Shown: positions 1 to 10,551 of the stretch, in pieces | Layout: the number at the start of each line of letters is the position of its first letter | Numbering within the stretch: the stretch's first letter is position 1 | NCBI GenBank assembly: GCA_035285545.1 | Contig: JAYKGY010000021.1 | Span: 12,127-76,126 of the forward strand | From: Snowella sp. | GTDB lineage: Bacteria > Cyanobacteriota > Cyanobacteriia > Cyanobacteriales > Microcystaceae | Direction: 5' to 3' | Length of the DNA stretch: 64,000 nt | The notes under the pieces: model-generated | What the model was told of the DNA's origin: nothing | The model's database searches: none | What the model saw: only the letters and a program-made list of their open reading frames with translations | Made by a program: the position numbers and the translations under genes

Positions 1-172
1 AAATCACCTGTAACCAATAGCTGACATCCGAAAGACTGACAGATTCACAAATTTCTACATAAAGTTCTGCTTTATGGGCATCGCTCATTCCCAAATTTTT
101 GGATAACCATCGACGGGAACGAAAAATTTTTGTCAACAACGATAAACGGCGTTTGGGTCGCTTGTTAATCAT
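1..172 (-). CDS. DUF389-family membrane protein, 5' end (runs off window start)
   Basis: Manual translation from ATG at 172: MINKRPKRRLSLLTKIFRSRRWLSKNLGMSDAHKAELYVEICESVSLSDVSYWLQVI, open to the window edge; resembles the N-terminus of DUF389/TIGR00341-like proteins. Confidence 0.6.
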   Translation of the reverse strand, partial: MINKRPKRRLSLLTKIFRSRRWLSKNLGMSDAHKAELYVEICESVSLSDVSYWLQVI

Positions 173-323
173 AGAAAAATGGTCAGAAAATAGGCAGTTA
201 GCGCATTCTCAACGTTTCATGGCATACTCATTTTCGATGAAATCTGATGATGGAATGGTTAACTTTTATAACAGTTTGTACCAATTACAGCGATCGCAGT
301 TATTTCTTATGGTTTTAAATGGG

Positions 324-650
324 AAAAAGCTTGATCAGCCCTTCTTTAGCCGCCCATATCAGCATTCATACGTCTGCCCGCTTCATTGCTTTTTTCTGGG
401 GGTCTTGCTGTTTTAGGGAGTCTTCTCAATCGGTCGCTACCTAACGCTCTTGTTTGAGATTTTTAGCTAATTGCTGACTTTTATAGGTTTTAGGTTTATT
501 TTTCAAGCAATTTATAACACAATCTAAGTCTGATTCCTTCCCTTTCGGTTTAATTCCTCTTCCGGGGGCTTCTCCCAATCCTCTCAACCCTTGTTTTTGC
601 CATCGTCCTAGAGTAGCTCTGACCGTATGCTGATGGCAACCCATTCGTCT
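324..650 (-). pseudogene. IS630-family transposase remnant (HTH region)
   Basis: ORF 441-644 (HTVRATLGRWQKQGLRGLGEAPGRG...KTYKSQQLAKNLKQER) continues after a stop/frameshift as SDRLRRL...KQQDPQKKAMKRADV*MLIWAAKEGLIKLF; DDE domain absent. Confidence 0.8.
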
Positions 651-763
651 TGATTGAAGATGCTGCCCCCAAAAATTGGCTAATTTGAATCAAGTATTGA
701 ATTCGATGTAAAGATTGACGATTGAAACGCGATCGCCGAAGTTTTGACTGAATCTGGAGAGAA

Positions 764-1738
764 TTAATAGGGCATCGTGTATTTAAAATTCTGACTTCCT
801 TCGTACTTCGTCATTTCGGCTAACTTTTCAGGTAATTGAACCCCCGGAACTAACTCCCCATTAATTGTCCAACTGGGATAGGATTGAATTTTTGCTGCCA
901 TACAGGCATCCGGTTGGGGATCTTTGCCGCTGGGGTCACATTCGATATACTTAATATCTTTTATGGCTTCTTTCCCGAATAATTGCTTTTGCTCGTAACA
1001 ATGGGGGCACCAGAAGGCACCATACATTACGGCTCCTTGGGCGGTTAAATGTTTGGCCAGTGCGATTTCATCCGGCCCCGATGTCGTGGTTACGGGCCAG
1101 CCTTCAGGCGGTTGGGGAGCAGTCGTCGCTTCAGGAATCGGAGTACGACCGGACGAAGCCAAAGGACTGCCAGCATTGGCATAAAGCCCTAAGGTTCCTA
1201 CCAAGGTAACCAACGCAACAATGACTCCGGTAAAAAAAACTTGACCCATTTCTTCCCACTCCCGACCAATAATTGCCAAAATAAATAATGCCACAGAACA
1301 GGTTGCTGAAGTGAGACAGTAGATACAAGATTCATTTAATTTAAAAAAGGCAATATACATCAAATAGCCACTAAAGATCGCCATCGAGGTGCCGCCAATG
1401 AGCAATAACCAAGCCGTTGCCTTTTCGAGTTGGGTACGTTGCTGCTTGTTGGTTTCTGCATTGACGAGAAAGGGACTCAGGGCAAATATCACCATTGCTA
1501 AATAGGCAAGGAGTCCAAACAAGCTTAACGGTAACCCGAAAACCTTGGCGTAGGAGCTTTGGAGGACTAAATCGCAACTGGAAACTCCTACCGCAGGGTC
1601 AACGGGGCAAGCAGTTGATCCTCCTGTAAAGGAGATAACGGTGAGATAGGCAGTAATTAAACTCCCGATAACCGCGATCGCCCCCATAATGAAACGGGAA
1701 TAACGATAAATCCAAGGTACAGAGCGTCGGCGAACCAT
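764..1738 (-). CDS. Vitamin K epoxide reductase-thioredoxin fusion (thylakoid DsbAB-type disulfide oxidase)
   Basis: TM VKOR domain with loop Cys pair and CIYC motif; C-terminal Trx-like domain with WCPHC. Confidence 0.92.
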   Translation of the reverse strand: MVRRRSVPWIYRYSRFIMGAIAVIGSLITAYLTVISFTGGSTACPVDPAVGVSSCDLVLQSSYAKVFGLPLSLFGLLAYLAMVIFALSPFLVNAETNKQQRTQLEKATAWLLLIGGTSMAIFSGYLMYIAFFKLNESCIYCLTSATCSVALFILAIIGREWEEMGQVFFTGVIVALVTLVGTLGLYANAGSPLASSGRTPIPEATTAPQPPEGWPVTTTSGPDEIALAKHLTAQGAVMYGAFWCPHCYEQKQLFGKEAIKDIKYIECDPSGKDPQPDACMAAKIQSYPSWTINGELVPGVQLPEKLAEMTKYEGSQNFKYTMPY

Positions 1739-1876
1739 AACTAAATGAAGGTGAAAGGTAAATTAAGTGACGATTGATTGTGAGTATTGTTTTTAGTTTA
1801 ACCTGTCGTCCTAAAAGCGGAAAAAGACAAAATGTTGATTTTTTGCAAAATTTTAGGATATCAAGCTTTAACAAGA

Positions 1877-3523
1877 TTAACGGCGTTCAATTGTCCAAAA
1901 GGGGAAGGTTTGACTGGGGTTGATAATCACGCCTTGGATATCTTTTTGAGCAAAGGCAAAATCCTTCGTTTGCCAAAGGGGAATGTAGGGAACATCATCA
2001 GCTAATTGGGTCTGAATTTTGGCTAAAATGGCATTGCGTTTAACCGGATCGGCTTCCTGACGCTGTTGGTCAATCCATTGATTCATTTGTTCATTGTAGT
2101 AAAATGATCCCTGGCTTTGTCCACCGCCTTCTTCACAACCCTTACTGGCTGAACCTTTGGGACAACTCAAAAAGGGATAAATATAATTATCGGGATCGAG
2201 GAAATCGGGATACCAGTTAGAAACCGTACTTTCGTACAGCCCTTTACCAATATTTTTAAAATAGGCCGCGCCGGCAATACTGTTGGGTTGGAATTGGATC
2301 GCGCCTTCTAGATCTCGTTTGGAAAGGGCCTTAAATAGAGCCGCGACAATACTGGCGTTAATTGACCCCGATGAGTGCCAAATTTGAACGGTAACAGGAT
2401 TTTCTTTGGAGTAACCAGCTTTTTGTAATAATTGTCTGGCTTTTTCCACATTATGATCGCCGTAGGCTTCTTGGAAGACGGGTTTATAGGAGGCGAAACT
2501 TAGCGGGATCATGCTATACAGCGATTTTCCTTGACCCTGGAGAATGCGCTCATTTAACATTTCTCGATCCACTAAGGACGCGATCGCCTGCCGTACCAAT
2601 TTTTGTCTAAGCGGGTCACTATTCATATTGAGCGCAATGAAATTAATGACAGAGCCTGATGACTCAATGACCTGAACCTTACCCTGTTCCGCTTCTGCTT
2701 TGAGTAATTTCACCTGTTGGGGCATTAAAGACTGATAGGCCACATCAATGGCCTGCGTCCGAAAAGCATTAAAAAGATTAGCCGGGTTGCTAGGGTAAAG
2801 CTGCAAATTAATCCCACGATTTTTGGGCTTTTCTCCCCAATAGTCGGCAAAGGCTTCTAAACGGAGCGAATCACTACTCATGCTGATCAACTGATAGGGC
2901 CCAGTTCCGACAAATTTTTCCGGAATAAATTTTCCTTCTCCGATTTCATAGGCTTTCGGCGAAATGGCGCAGGCTCCCGGATAGGCTAATAATGCAGTAA
3001 ACGCAGCGAAAGGAGCTTTAAGGGTCACTGTTAGTTCATATTCCCCCGTTGCCTGGATAGTTTCTACCGTATCAGACAGTAAAAAGGAAGGTTCGCCCCC
3101 ATTTTTGATAAAACGATTCAGGGAAAAGGCCATCGCTTCGGCATTAAACGGCGTTCCATCATGAAACTTGATTCCCTGCCGTAGGGGAATGGTATAGGTC
3201 AAGCCATTTTCACTAATTTTGGGTAAATCGATTGCTAAATGGGGTTGTAATTCCGTTGTTCCTAATTTGTAGCTGTAGAGTGTCTCCCCTAGATTGTAAA
3301 TCACCATTAAACCCGCTAATTCGTAGCTATCGGCAGGATCGAGGGTGCGGGGTCTGAGAATGGTGCCAATGGTAATGGTATTTTTATCGGCGTTTGCTGG
3401 ACGAGATGACGGGTTTTGGGCTTGACTACATCCCATCATTAACAGCACACAAAGACCGAATGAGATGATAACTTGAAAAAAGCGATTTCGCCGTTGCTTA
3501 ATCTCCAAAACCTCGTCTAGCAT
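1877..3523 (-). CDS. ABC transporter peptide-binding lipoprotein (SBP family 5)
   Basis: Lipobox LMMGC; LRQGIKFHDGTPFNAEA and VGTGPY motifs. Confidence 0.9.
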   Translation of the reverse strand: MLDEVLEIKQRRNRFFQVIISFGLCVLLMMGCSQAQNPSSRPANADKNTITIGTILRPRTLDPADSYELAGLMVIYNLGETLYSYKLGTTELQPHLAIDLPKISENGLTYTIPLRQGIKFHDGTPFNAEAMAFSLNRFIKNGGEPSFLLSDTVETIQATGEYELTVTLKAPFAAFTALLAYPGACAISPKAYEIGEGKFIPEKFVGTGPYQLISMSSDSLRLEAFADYWGEKPKNRGINLQLYPSNPANLFNAFRTQAIDVAYQSLMPQQVKLLKAEAEQGKVQVIESSGSVINFIALNMNSDPLRQKLVRQAIASLVDREMLNERILQGQGKSLYSMIPLSFASYKPVFQEAYGDHNVEKARQLLQKAGYSKENPVTVQIWHSSGSINASIVAALFKALSKRDLEGAIQFQPNSIAGAAYFKNIGKGLYESTVSNWYPDFLDPDNYIYPFLSCPKGSASKGCEEGGGQSQGSFYYNEQMNQWIDQQRQEADPVKRNAILAKIQTQLADDVPYIPLWQTKDFAFAQKDIQGVIINPSQTFPFWTIERR

Positions 3524-3907
3524 AAAAAATTTCGATTAAAAATACAGAATTTAAGACTGGTAATCATTATAGGGGGATTGCGGGATTTCTTTATATTTAT
3601 TCACACGAGAAAGAACGGCTCTGTTGATAGGATAGGAATAGATCAGATCCGTCTAAAATAATGCCTAAAAATGCTGAGTGTCTGGATTTCCGGCAACCGT
3701 TTTTAGGTAGAGTGATCCTATCGACATCAACCACTTTTAGGGTCATTCCGCTTCTGTTTAGGTCTGCTATCTCTGGTTAAGTCAAAAAACTGGAATTGAG
3801 CTTTTCCACCCAAGATTTAGTACCAGTAGCTCTGTCATGAAGTTGTTTGAGCGTTGTCCCTGTTCTCTGCATTGGGGATTTTTTTCATCAAGGTTAGGAG
3901 GGTATCT

Positions 3908-4972
3908 ATGGTCAGAGTTCTACTTGCTGGCGATATTGGCGGAACCAAAACAATTTTACGGTTAGTGAATCAAGATGTGGCCCTACCGGCTGTGTCTATT
4001 TCTCGGCAATCTCCGCTCTATGAACAAACCTATCCGAGTCAAGCGTTTACGGATCTCGTTCCAATGATTCGCCAATTTTTGGCTTCGGTGACAGAGATAA
4101 TGGGAGAAACTCCCCAGGTGGAGAAGGCTTGTTTTGGCATTGCGGGCCCGGTGGTAGCTAACACGTCGGAACTCACGAATTTAAGTTGGTCACTATCTGG
4201 CGATCGCTTAGCTACCGAGTTAGAAATTAGTCAAGTGACGTTAATTAATGATTTTGCAGCAGTAGGCTACGGAATTTTAGGCTTAACCTCAGATGATGTG
4301 TATTGTTTACAGGATGTGCCCCCCACTCCCAAGGCACCGATCGCCGTTATTGGAGCAGGAACCGGCTTAGGGCAAGGTTATATGATTCCGTTTGGGGACG
4401 GTAATTATCGGGTTTTTTCCAGTGAAGGGGCCCATGCTGATTTTGCCCCGCGATCGCCTTTGGAGTTTCAGCTATTAAGTTTTCTCAAAGAGCGTTATCA
4501 GTTTAACCGTGTCTCTGTGGAACGGGTGGTTTCGGGTCTGGGGATTGCTGCGATTTATGACTTTTTGCGAGACCAGAATCCAAGTCAAGAATCTCCCCCC
4601 CTAGCGGAGATCCATAAAATCTGGCAACAGGAACTGGGGCAAAACGAAAAAACGGTTGATCTCTCGGCGGAAGTTTCCAAGGCTGCTTTAGCCGATAGGG
4701 ATTATCTTTCGAGTCAAACCCTAAAGATTTTTGTCGAAGCCTACGGAGCCGAAGCAGGAAACTTAGCCTTAAAACTGTTGCCCTACGGGGGTCTCTATGT
4801 TGCCGGTGGCATTGCTCCCAAAATCTTACCTTTGCTGCAAAACGGTGACTTTATGAAAGCTTTTAGCGATAAAGGACGAATGCGGGAACTAATGGCGAAA
4901 TTTCCGGTTTATATTGTCCTCAATCCTAAAGTTGGCTTAATTGGTGCGGCGGTTTGTGCAGCCCAGTCGTAA
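3908..4972 (+). CDS. glk: Glucokinase
   Basis: LAGDIGGTKT, GIAGPV, LINDF, GAGTGLG, SEGAH motifs; ATG at 3908 more likely than the TTG at 3854. Confidence 0.95.
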   Translation: MVRVLLAGDIGGTKTILRLVNQDVALPAVSISRQSPLYEQTYPSQAFTDLVPMIRQFLASVTEIMGETPQVEKACFGIAGPVVANTSELTNLSWSLSGDRLATELEISQVTLINDFAAVGYGILGLTSDDVYCLQDVPPTPKAPIAVIGAGTGLGQGYMIPFGDGNYRVFSSEGAHADFAPRSPLEFQLLSFLKERYQFNRVSVERVVSGLGIAAIYDFLRDQNPSQESPPLAEIHKIWQQELGQNEKTVDLSAEVSKAALADRDYLSSQTLKIFVEAYGAEAGNLALKLLPYGGLYVAGGIAPKILPLLQNGDFMKAFSDKGRMRELMAKFPVYIVLNPKVGLIGAAVCAAQS

Positions 4973-5120
4973 AGGGATGATCCCATGTAAAATTGTACTA
5001 TTATAAGTTTTTGTCATTTGTAGGGTATTCTTCAAGTCAGAATGCTATTGATGGGTTATGGTTCATCTCGCTTCTTGATCGCTGCCGTAGGTTTTTATTT
5101 TATTTGTAATTGTATAGCTA

Positions 5121-5513
5121 ATGTCTTTTGAAATTCCCGATGTTAGAGAAATTGAATTTGAACAAGCGGTAGAAAAAATCGAGCGATCGCTGATGGATTT
5201 AAAGGAACGGTACGCCACCATCCAAACCCAGTATGAACAGCAAGAAAACCTGAAAAAACATCGCCAGGAAATCGAAGCCCAATGGCAAGACGAACAACGC
5301 CCCGAACTAGAGCAGGAACTACACCATATCAATGAACAATTACAGGAGTTAACCGTAAATTTAGAAAGCCATTTGCTTTCTGAACCTGCTTTGCAAGAGC
5401 TATTTTGGAAAGGATTACGTCAGGGCATTTTAGGGGAAGCCTTTTGGCAAGTGGTTCGTTTTGGTGGATTGGGCTTAGTAATTGGCTGGTTTTTAAAGTC
5501 TTGGATCGGTTAG
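5121..5513 (+). CDS. Conserved hypothetical coiled-coil protein with C-terminal TM anchor
   Basis: Glu/Gln-rich heptads then FWQVVRFGGLGLVIGWFL. Confidence 0.75.
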   Translation: MSFEIPDVREIEFEQAVEKIERSLMDLKERYATIQTQYEQQENLKKHRQEIEAQWQDEQRPELEQELHHINEQLQELTVNLESHLLSEPALQELFWKGLRQGILGEAFWQVVRFGGLGLVIGWFLKSWIG

Positions 5514-5651
5514 GCTTTGATTTGTGTCAATTAAACAATAATAAGCCAATAATCTTTCAATTAGGATTCAAATAAAATACGTAAAATCACTAAAGCCGTA
5601 AACCCCGCAATAATTCTAATTGTTCTTTCTTTAAAAAGCTTTATAAAAGTC

Positions 5652-6743
5652 TTATGAATTAGAGTTTGAATTAAAGTTTGAAAGGGAGTGGGGCTGATTA
5701 TTCGTGGGAGTTACTCCCCATTTATCTAAAATATCTTTTACTAAAAGCTCTTTAATGACGATTTGGATAATAATCGCTAGCGGCAAAGAGAGGAGTAGTC
5801 CTAAAATTCCAAAAAAGATCGAAAAGATCACAACGGATAATATCGTCACAACGGGAGCCAAAGAAACAGCCCTTTGCATCACAATTGGCACTAAAATATT
5901 ACTTTCTAATTGTTGAATACACACATATAAAATAATGACTGCGATCGCTTTCCAAGGTTGATCCAAAAGCGCGATTAATACGGGTGGAATAACACTTAAG
6001 GTTGGCCCCAAATTGGGAATAAATTCTAATAATCCCGCAATAAAAGCATTGGTTAGAACGAGGGGAACTTGCAAAATCCATAGCCCAATTCCGGTCACGA
6101 TCCCAATCACTGTCATATTAATTAATGTCCCTTTCATCCAACTAATGAGGGATTCTTCACACTCTAATAAAACTCCATTAATGCGAGGTCGATAAAAGGC
6201 AGGAAATAGCAAGAGAAAACCTTGTCGATATAGGGGAGGATTTGCTAAGAGCATAATCGATAGCACTAAGACTAACAAAATATTTAGGATTGAGTTTATT
6301 CCACTCGAAAAGAAGCCTAAAAAGTTACGGAATAATTGGGGGGAAATTTGTCGAATATTTTGGTTTAGGGGCTGCAATAGGTAATCCGTATCATCAAAAT
6401 TAAATAGTTTGATAGGACTCAAATTTTGCAACTCTTCTAGCCAAATTTGTAATCGTTCTAAACTATTGGGAATGAGATTTAATAGTTGTTGGAATTGGTC
6501 AATAAGGGGAGGAAAAATAATGGCTAAAAAGCCGACGATAACTGCAATCAATGAAATAAAAGCAAGGGCGATCGCAATTCCTCGTTTCAGTCTCAATTGC
6601 TGGAGGAGTTTAACCATTTGATTTAAGGCGATCGCAAAAACAATTGCCGCTAATAACAGTAAAATAACGTCCCTAATTTGCCAAATAATATATAAAGAAA
6701 CACTAAAAACAACTAACCCTATCCACTTTCCTAATGTCATCAT
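5652..6743 (-). CDS. AI-2E family transporter
   Basis: Multi-TM; GLLEFIPNLGP and IQQLESNILVP motifs. Confidence 0.9.
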   Translation of the reverse strand: MMTLGKWIGLVVFSVSLYIIWQIRDVILLLLAAIVFAIALNQMVKLLQQLRLKRGIAIALAFISLIAVIVGFLAIIFPPLIDQFQQLLNLIPNSLERLQIWLEELQNLSPIKLFNFDDTDYLLQPLNQNIRQISPQLFRNFLGFFSSGINSILNILLVLVLSIMLLANPPLYRQGFLLLFPAFYRPRINGVLLECEESLISWMKGTLINMTVIGIVTGIGLWILQVPLVLTNAFIAGLLEFIPNLGPTLSVIPPVLIALLDQPWKAIAVIILYVCIQQLESNILVPIVMQRAVSLAPVVTILSVVIFSIFFGILGLLLSLPLAIIIQIVIKELLVKDILDKWGVTPTNNQPHSLSNFNSNSNS

Positions 6744-7140
6744 TTCCTCTTAAATAAACGCAAATAATACCCCCAGATAGATGGTATTTTGGAGTAGCCG
6801 ATTGACCGTATGATTTAAAATATACTCACCAGATCGATTAAAACTCCCTTAAGGAGTTGGTTGAAATTAATCTAAATTTGGAATAAAAATCTTACTCGTC
6901 AATGCTCAAAATCCCAGTATCTAAAAATCAATTAGGGTTACTTATTTACTGATTGAATTTTGATGAATTTGAATCCCATTAAGTTTATACGTTTAAATTA
7001 AAATACGAGATAATACTTGTCATCTAACTATTGACATAATTAATACAGAAATAATATAAACCTCAAAAAAATATTCTTTTTGTCGGGAATAAAAATAAAA
7101 TAAGTGACTGATTTAATAGTTCAACAGTCATGAACGCTGA

Positions 7141-8706
7141 TCAAGAACGATGCTCTTCAATAACTTGTGTTAACCAGGGGGAAAGCTCTTTTTTCAAACG
7201 ACCTGATCGTACAAATTCGGCATAGGTATCCGCTTCAATGGCAGAGAGTTCAGCAATTAGTTGTTCTGTGGTAAATTCCTGAAGATTGGGGTATTCATTT
7301 TGCAATTGCTCAACTTGACTTTGTAAATTTTCGATTTCGCCTTTGACGAGGGAGCGTTGGTACTGATAAAACTCTGGGTTGATGCCTGGGCGTTGATCCG
7401 TTTCGTTGAGATATTGTAAGACTCGATTTAAGGCAGCTTGACGGGCTAAAATTTCTAAAAACTCTAGCTTTAGCGGTTGGTCACCTAAAAGATTCAATTT
7501 CTTCAGTAATGGCTTTACTGTTAAACCTTGCACCAATAAGGTAAACAACACCACACCAAACACGGTGGCAATAATAGCTTCTCGCTCCGGCAAAATGGCA
7601 GGCACACTTAAGGCCAAGGCAATGGAAACTGAACCTCGTAAACCGCCCCAACATAAAGCCGTTTGCTCAGATAAAGGAATTGCCGAGGGGCTGACGCGAT
7701 TACTGATAAAACCTAACCCATAAATGGCGATCGCCCGTGTAACCAACATTCCGGCAATCGTAACGGCAATGGTATCCAAGGTCTGGCTTAAAACCGCAAA
7801 ATGAATTTGATCCCCGATTAATAAAAACACAATCGAGTTGACAAAAAAAGCCAGAAACTCCCAAAATTCCGTCACAATAATGCGAGTACGGGGATTCATG
7901 CCAATTCGAGAACCAAAATTCCCTAAAATTAACCCCGTTGTCACTGTCGCAATAACCCCTGAGCCGCCTAAATCTTCCGCAATTAAATAGGTCGCATAGG
8001 CAGAAATTAAGGTTAAGGACTGTTCAACCAACGGAAGATCAAATCGTTGAGTGAGATAGGAAATCCCAAAGCCAATTAAGCCCCCAACCCCAATGCCAAC
8101 TCCCACCACGGTCAAGAAACTTGCACCAATCGTTTGTAAGTTCACCGTTGCAGTTCCTAAGGCAAAAGTTGCGATAAAACCAAAGGAAACAACTGCCATG
8201 CCATCATTAAATAAACTTTCTCCCTCCATCACCGTTAATAACCGTTTGTCAACGCCCAATTCCCGAAAAAGAGCCGTGACGGAAATGGGATCGGTTGCCG
8301 ATAAACTCGCGCCCACTAATAAAGCAGTGGTTAAGGACATAGCAGTAAATTGACTAAGGCCAAAGGCGACTCCGGCAATGGAAATGACAACTCCGACAAT
8401 GGCGTAGAGGGTAATGGGAAAAAAATTCTTTTGTAAATCGGGCCAATGTAAATTCCAAGCCGATTCAAACAATAGGGGGGGAAGGAAAATAAATAGAATT
8501 AATTCCGGGGATAAATTGACTAATCGCACATCGACAATCGCTAATCCTAAGCCGACAATGACTAATAAGAGGGTATAGGGAATATGACGAAACCAACTAA
8601 AAATTCTTGGCAGGGTGGCTACACTTAACGAAACGGAAAGAACTAACAGAAATTGTTTAATATTTTCTTCAATGCCAACTTGGTGAATACTTGCCTCCAG
8701 TGCCAT
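7141..8706 (-). CDS. nhaS1: Na+/H+ antiporter, CPA1 family (NhaS1-like)
   Basis: FLPPLLF, SATDP, EGESLFNDG, GGLRG motifs; cytoplasmic C-terminal tail. Confidence 0.85.
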   Translation of the reverse strand: MALEASIHQVGIEENIKQFLLVLSVSLSVATLPRIFSWFRHIPYTLLLVIVGLGLAIVDVRLVNLSPELILFIFLPPLLFESAWNLHWPDLQKNFFPITLYAIVGVVISIAGVAFGLSQFTAMSLTTALLVGASLSATDPISVTALFRELGVDKRLLTVMEGESLFNDGMAVVSFGFIATFALGTATVNLQTIGASFLTVVGVGIGVGGLIGFGISYLTQRFDLPLVEQSLTLISAYATYLIAEDLGGSGVIATVTTGLILGNFGSRIGMNPRTRIIVTEFWEFLAFFVNSIVFLLIGDQIHFAVLSQTLDTIAVTIAGMLVTRAIAIYGLGFISNRVSPSAIPLSEQTALCWGGLRGSVSIALALSVPAILPEREAIIATVFGVVLFTLLVQGLTVKPLLKKLNLLGDQPLKLEFLEILARQAALNRVLQYLNETDQRPGINPEFYQYQRSLVKGEIENLQSQVEQLQNEYPNLQEFTTEQLIAELSAIEADTYAEFVRSGRLKKELSPWLTQVIEEHRS

Positions 8707-9330
8707 AGGGTTATGCCTGTTGAAAGTGTGAATGAAATTTTATTATCTTATTATGATGAATCAGAAACGCGATCGCCCAGTTTTCACCATTCCACAAGTA
8801 GTTAAAACACACTTTAGGGCAAATATCAGCAGTTTTGTTAAATTCAAGGACGCGATCGCTGAAAATTGGCTTAAGATTCAGTAACAGACAATCTCAAAAA
8901 GGCAGCTAGTGCATATTGCCCAAATATGTCAACACAATACCATTTGTTTATCGATAACTCCACCGTCACTCGTTATCTGGGTACTGATATTAAAGTAAGT
9001 TGCATATACTCTAAATTTTTGATACAAAATCAATCCTTATTTTTTAAAGAATTTTTAAAGACAAAATAAAGTTTTCTCTGGTTAAAACGGCCCGCTGAAA
9101 AATCTTTTAAAATGTTAGGTATATCATACTTTTCTAGTGATTTGCATCACTTCTTTTTAGTGCTTTCTCAATTATCCTAGAGATTAATCGAATAAATATC
9201 TTAATTAATTTATCAATTTTAAAAATTTTTAGCGTAATTAATTGAAATAAAACAATAATTTTGATCTTTTTGTTGATTTTTACGGAAAACTCTAAACTCA
9301 AGCCTTAAATATAATCGAATCAGCAAGAAA

Positions 9331-10158
9331 ATGGCCTATAATATCTCCAAAAATCTTTTTTTAATCACAAATTTTGCCAAGCTTCCAGCAAAATTAGAAA
9401 TAGGCTTACTGAGTCTCACGGTTGCAGCACTAATCGGCTCTGCTCTCACTCAGGATTACCGTTATTTAGCCGTACCAACAGTTACTAACTTATCTTTTTG
9501 TTTGCAAAAATCAAGAGAAAATCACGCTAAAAATACCTCCGATCAATCCAATACAGATCCCCAACTTCAAGCCTTAGAAGAAGCGAATGCATCTTTAAAA
9601 AAGACGCTGAAATCCTATTCTTTAATAGATAGTCGCTTAAGAAGTCGTCGCGCTCTCATCGATGCTTTAAAACAAGCTAATCGTTATGTCGTACTCGTCT
9701 GCCCTTGGATAACAGACTATGCTTTAGATCAGGAGCTAAGATCTTTAATAGAATCTCTACTTAATAAGGGAATTTGTCTATACATCGGATGGGGAAGTCT
9801 AAAGGATGTCAATAATGATCCGCAAAAACTCAATAGAGATTGTTTGTTAAAATCAGCTAGCTCCCACTATAAAGGCATTTTTTATTTAGAAAAACTTCAA
9901 TCCCAATATCCAAAGCAGATATTTACAACGGTTTTAGGTACTCATGAAAATTGCTGGATCGTAGATGGCAAAATTGCTTTTATTGGTAGTTTTAATTTTT
10001 TGAAATCAGGTGTTAATAGCACTGAGCGAGAATTGGGTGTTATGACAAAAGATGAAGATTTTATTATTCACTTATTAGGACTGTACTACCAATCATTAGG
10101 GATTAGCTTAAATAAACTGAGTGAATCTCAAAAGGTCAAAATTAAGCTGCTAGTGTAA
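9331..10158 (+). CDS. Phospholipase D-like (single HKD-type) domain protein with N-terminal TM segment; HKD motif altered
   Basis: CPWI motif, THENCWIVD-x6-GSFNF, ERELG; hydrophobic segment IGLLSLTVAALIGSAL. Confidence 0.75.
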   Translation: MAYNISKNLFLITNFAKLPAKLEIGLLSLTVAALIGSALTQDYRYLAVPTVTNLSFCLQKSRENHAKNTSDQSNTDPQLQALEEANASLKKTLKSYSLIDSRLRSRRALIDALKQANRYVVLVCPWITDYALDQELRSLIESLLNKGICLYIGWGSLKDVNNDPQKLNRDCLLKSASSHYKGIFYLEKLQSQYPKQIFTTVLGTHENCWIVDGKIAFIGSFNFLKSGVNSTERELGVMTKDEDFIIHLLGLYYQSLGISLNKLSESQKVKIKLLV

Positions 10159-10295
10159 AAAAATCAAAGAAGTAGTCGAAAAATTGTTAAGGTTAGCTAT
10201 TCATTATCTAATCTCATCAGGACATCTTCGCAATTATTTTATTCACTGTGGCTATTGTCCCTCTTGATTCTGCAAAGTGCTGTATCTTCAATATT

Positions 10296-10355
10296 TACCA
10301 ACTGAAGGACACTCTGTAGGGTGATGCGCGTTCCTTCTATGCAGGGTTTTCCAAT
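10296..10355 (-). pseudogene. DUF433-family gene relic
   Basis: Manual translation IGKPCIEGTRITLQSVLQLV matches the DUF433 GKPxIxGTRI signature; no intact start or C-terminus. Confidence 0.6.
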
Positions 10356-10551
10356 GTTATCAAAGAATCACAAGATGGGTTTCTTTTAGCGCGATCGCTG
10401 AGCTTGTAGGGGCGTTACTCTCTGATTACCCTATTGGCAGGAGGCGATAACAAGACTCAGGAATGAGACATGAATCTGTAAAAAAAAGCTATTATATTCT
10501 TCCCAGCCTGAAATCTTGTAAGCTACTAAAGGAGGATTATGGGAATTTTAT

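Noticed and set aside
99..416. 105-aa plus-strand ORF
   Set aside because: Antisense to the DUF389 start and the IS630 relic; no recognisable motif
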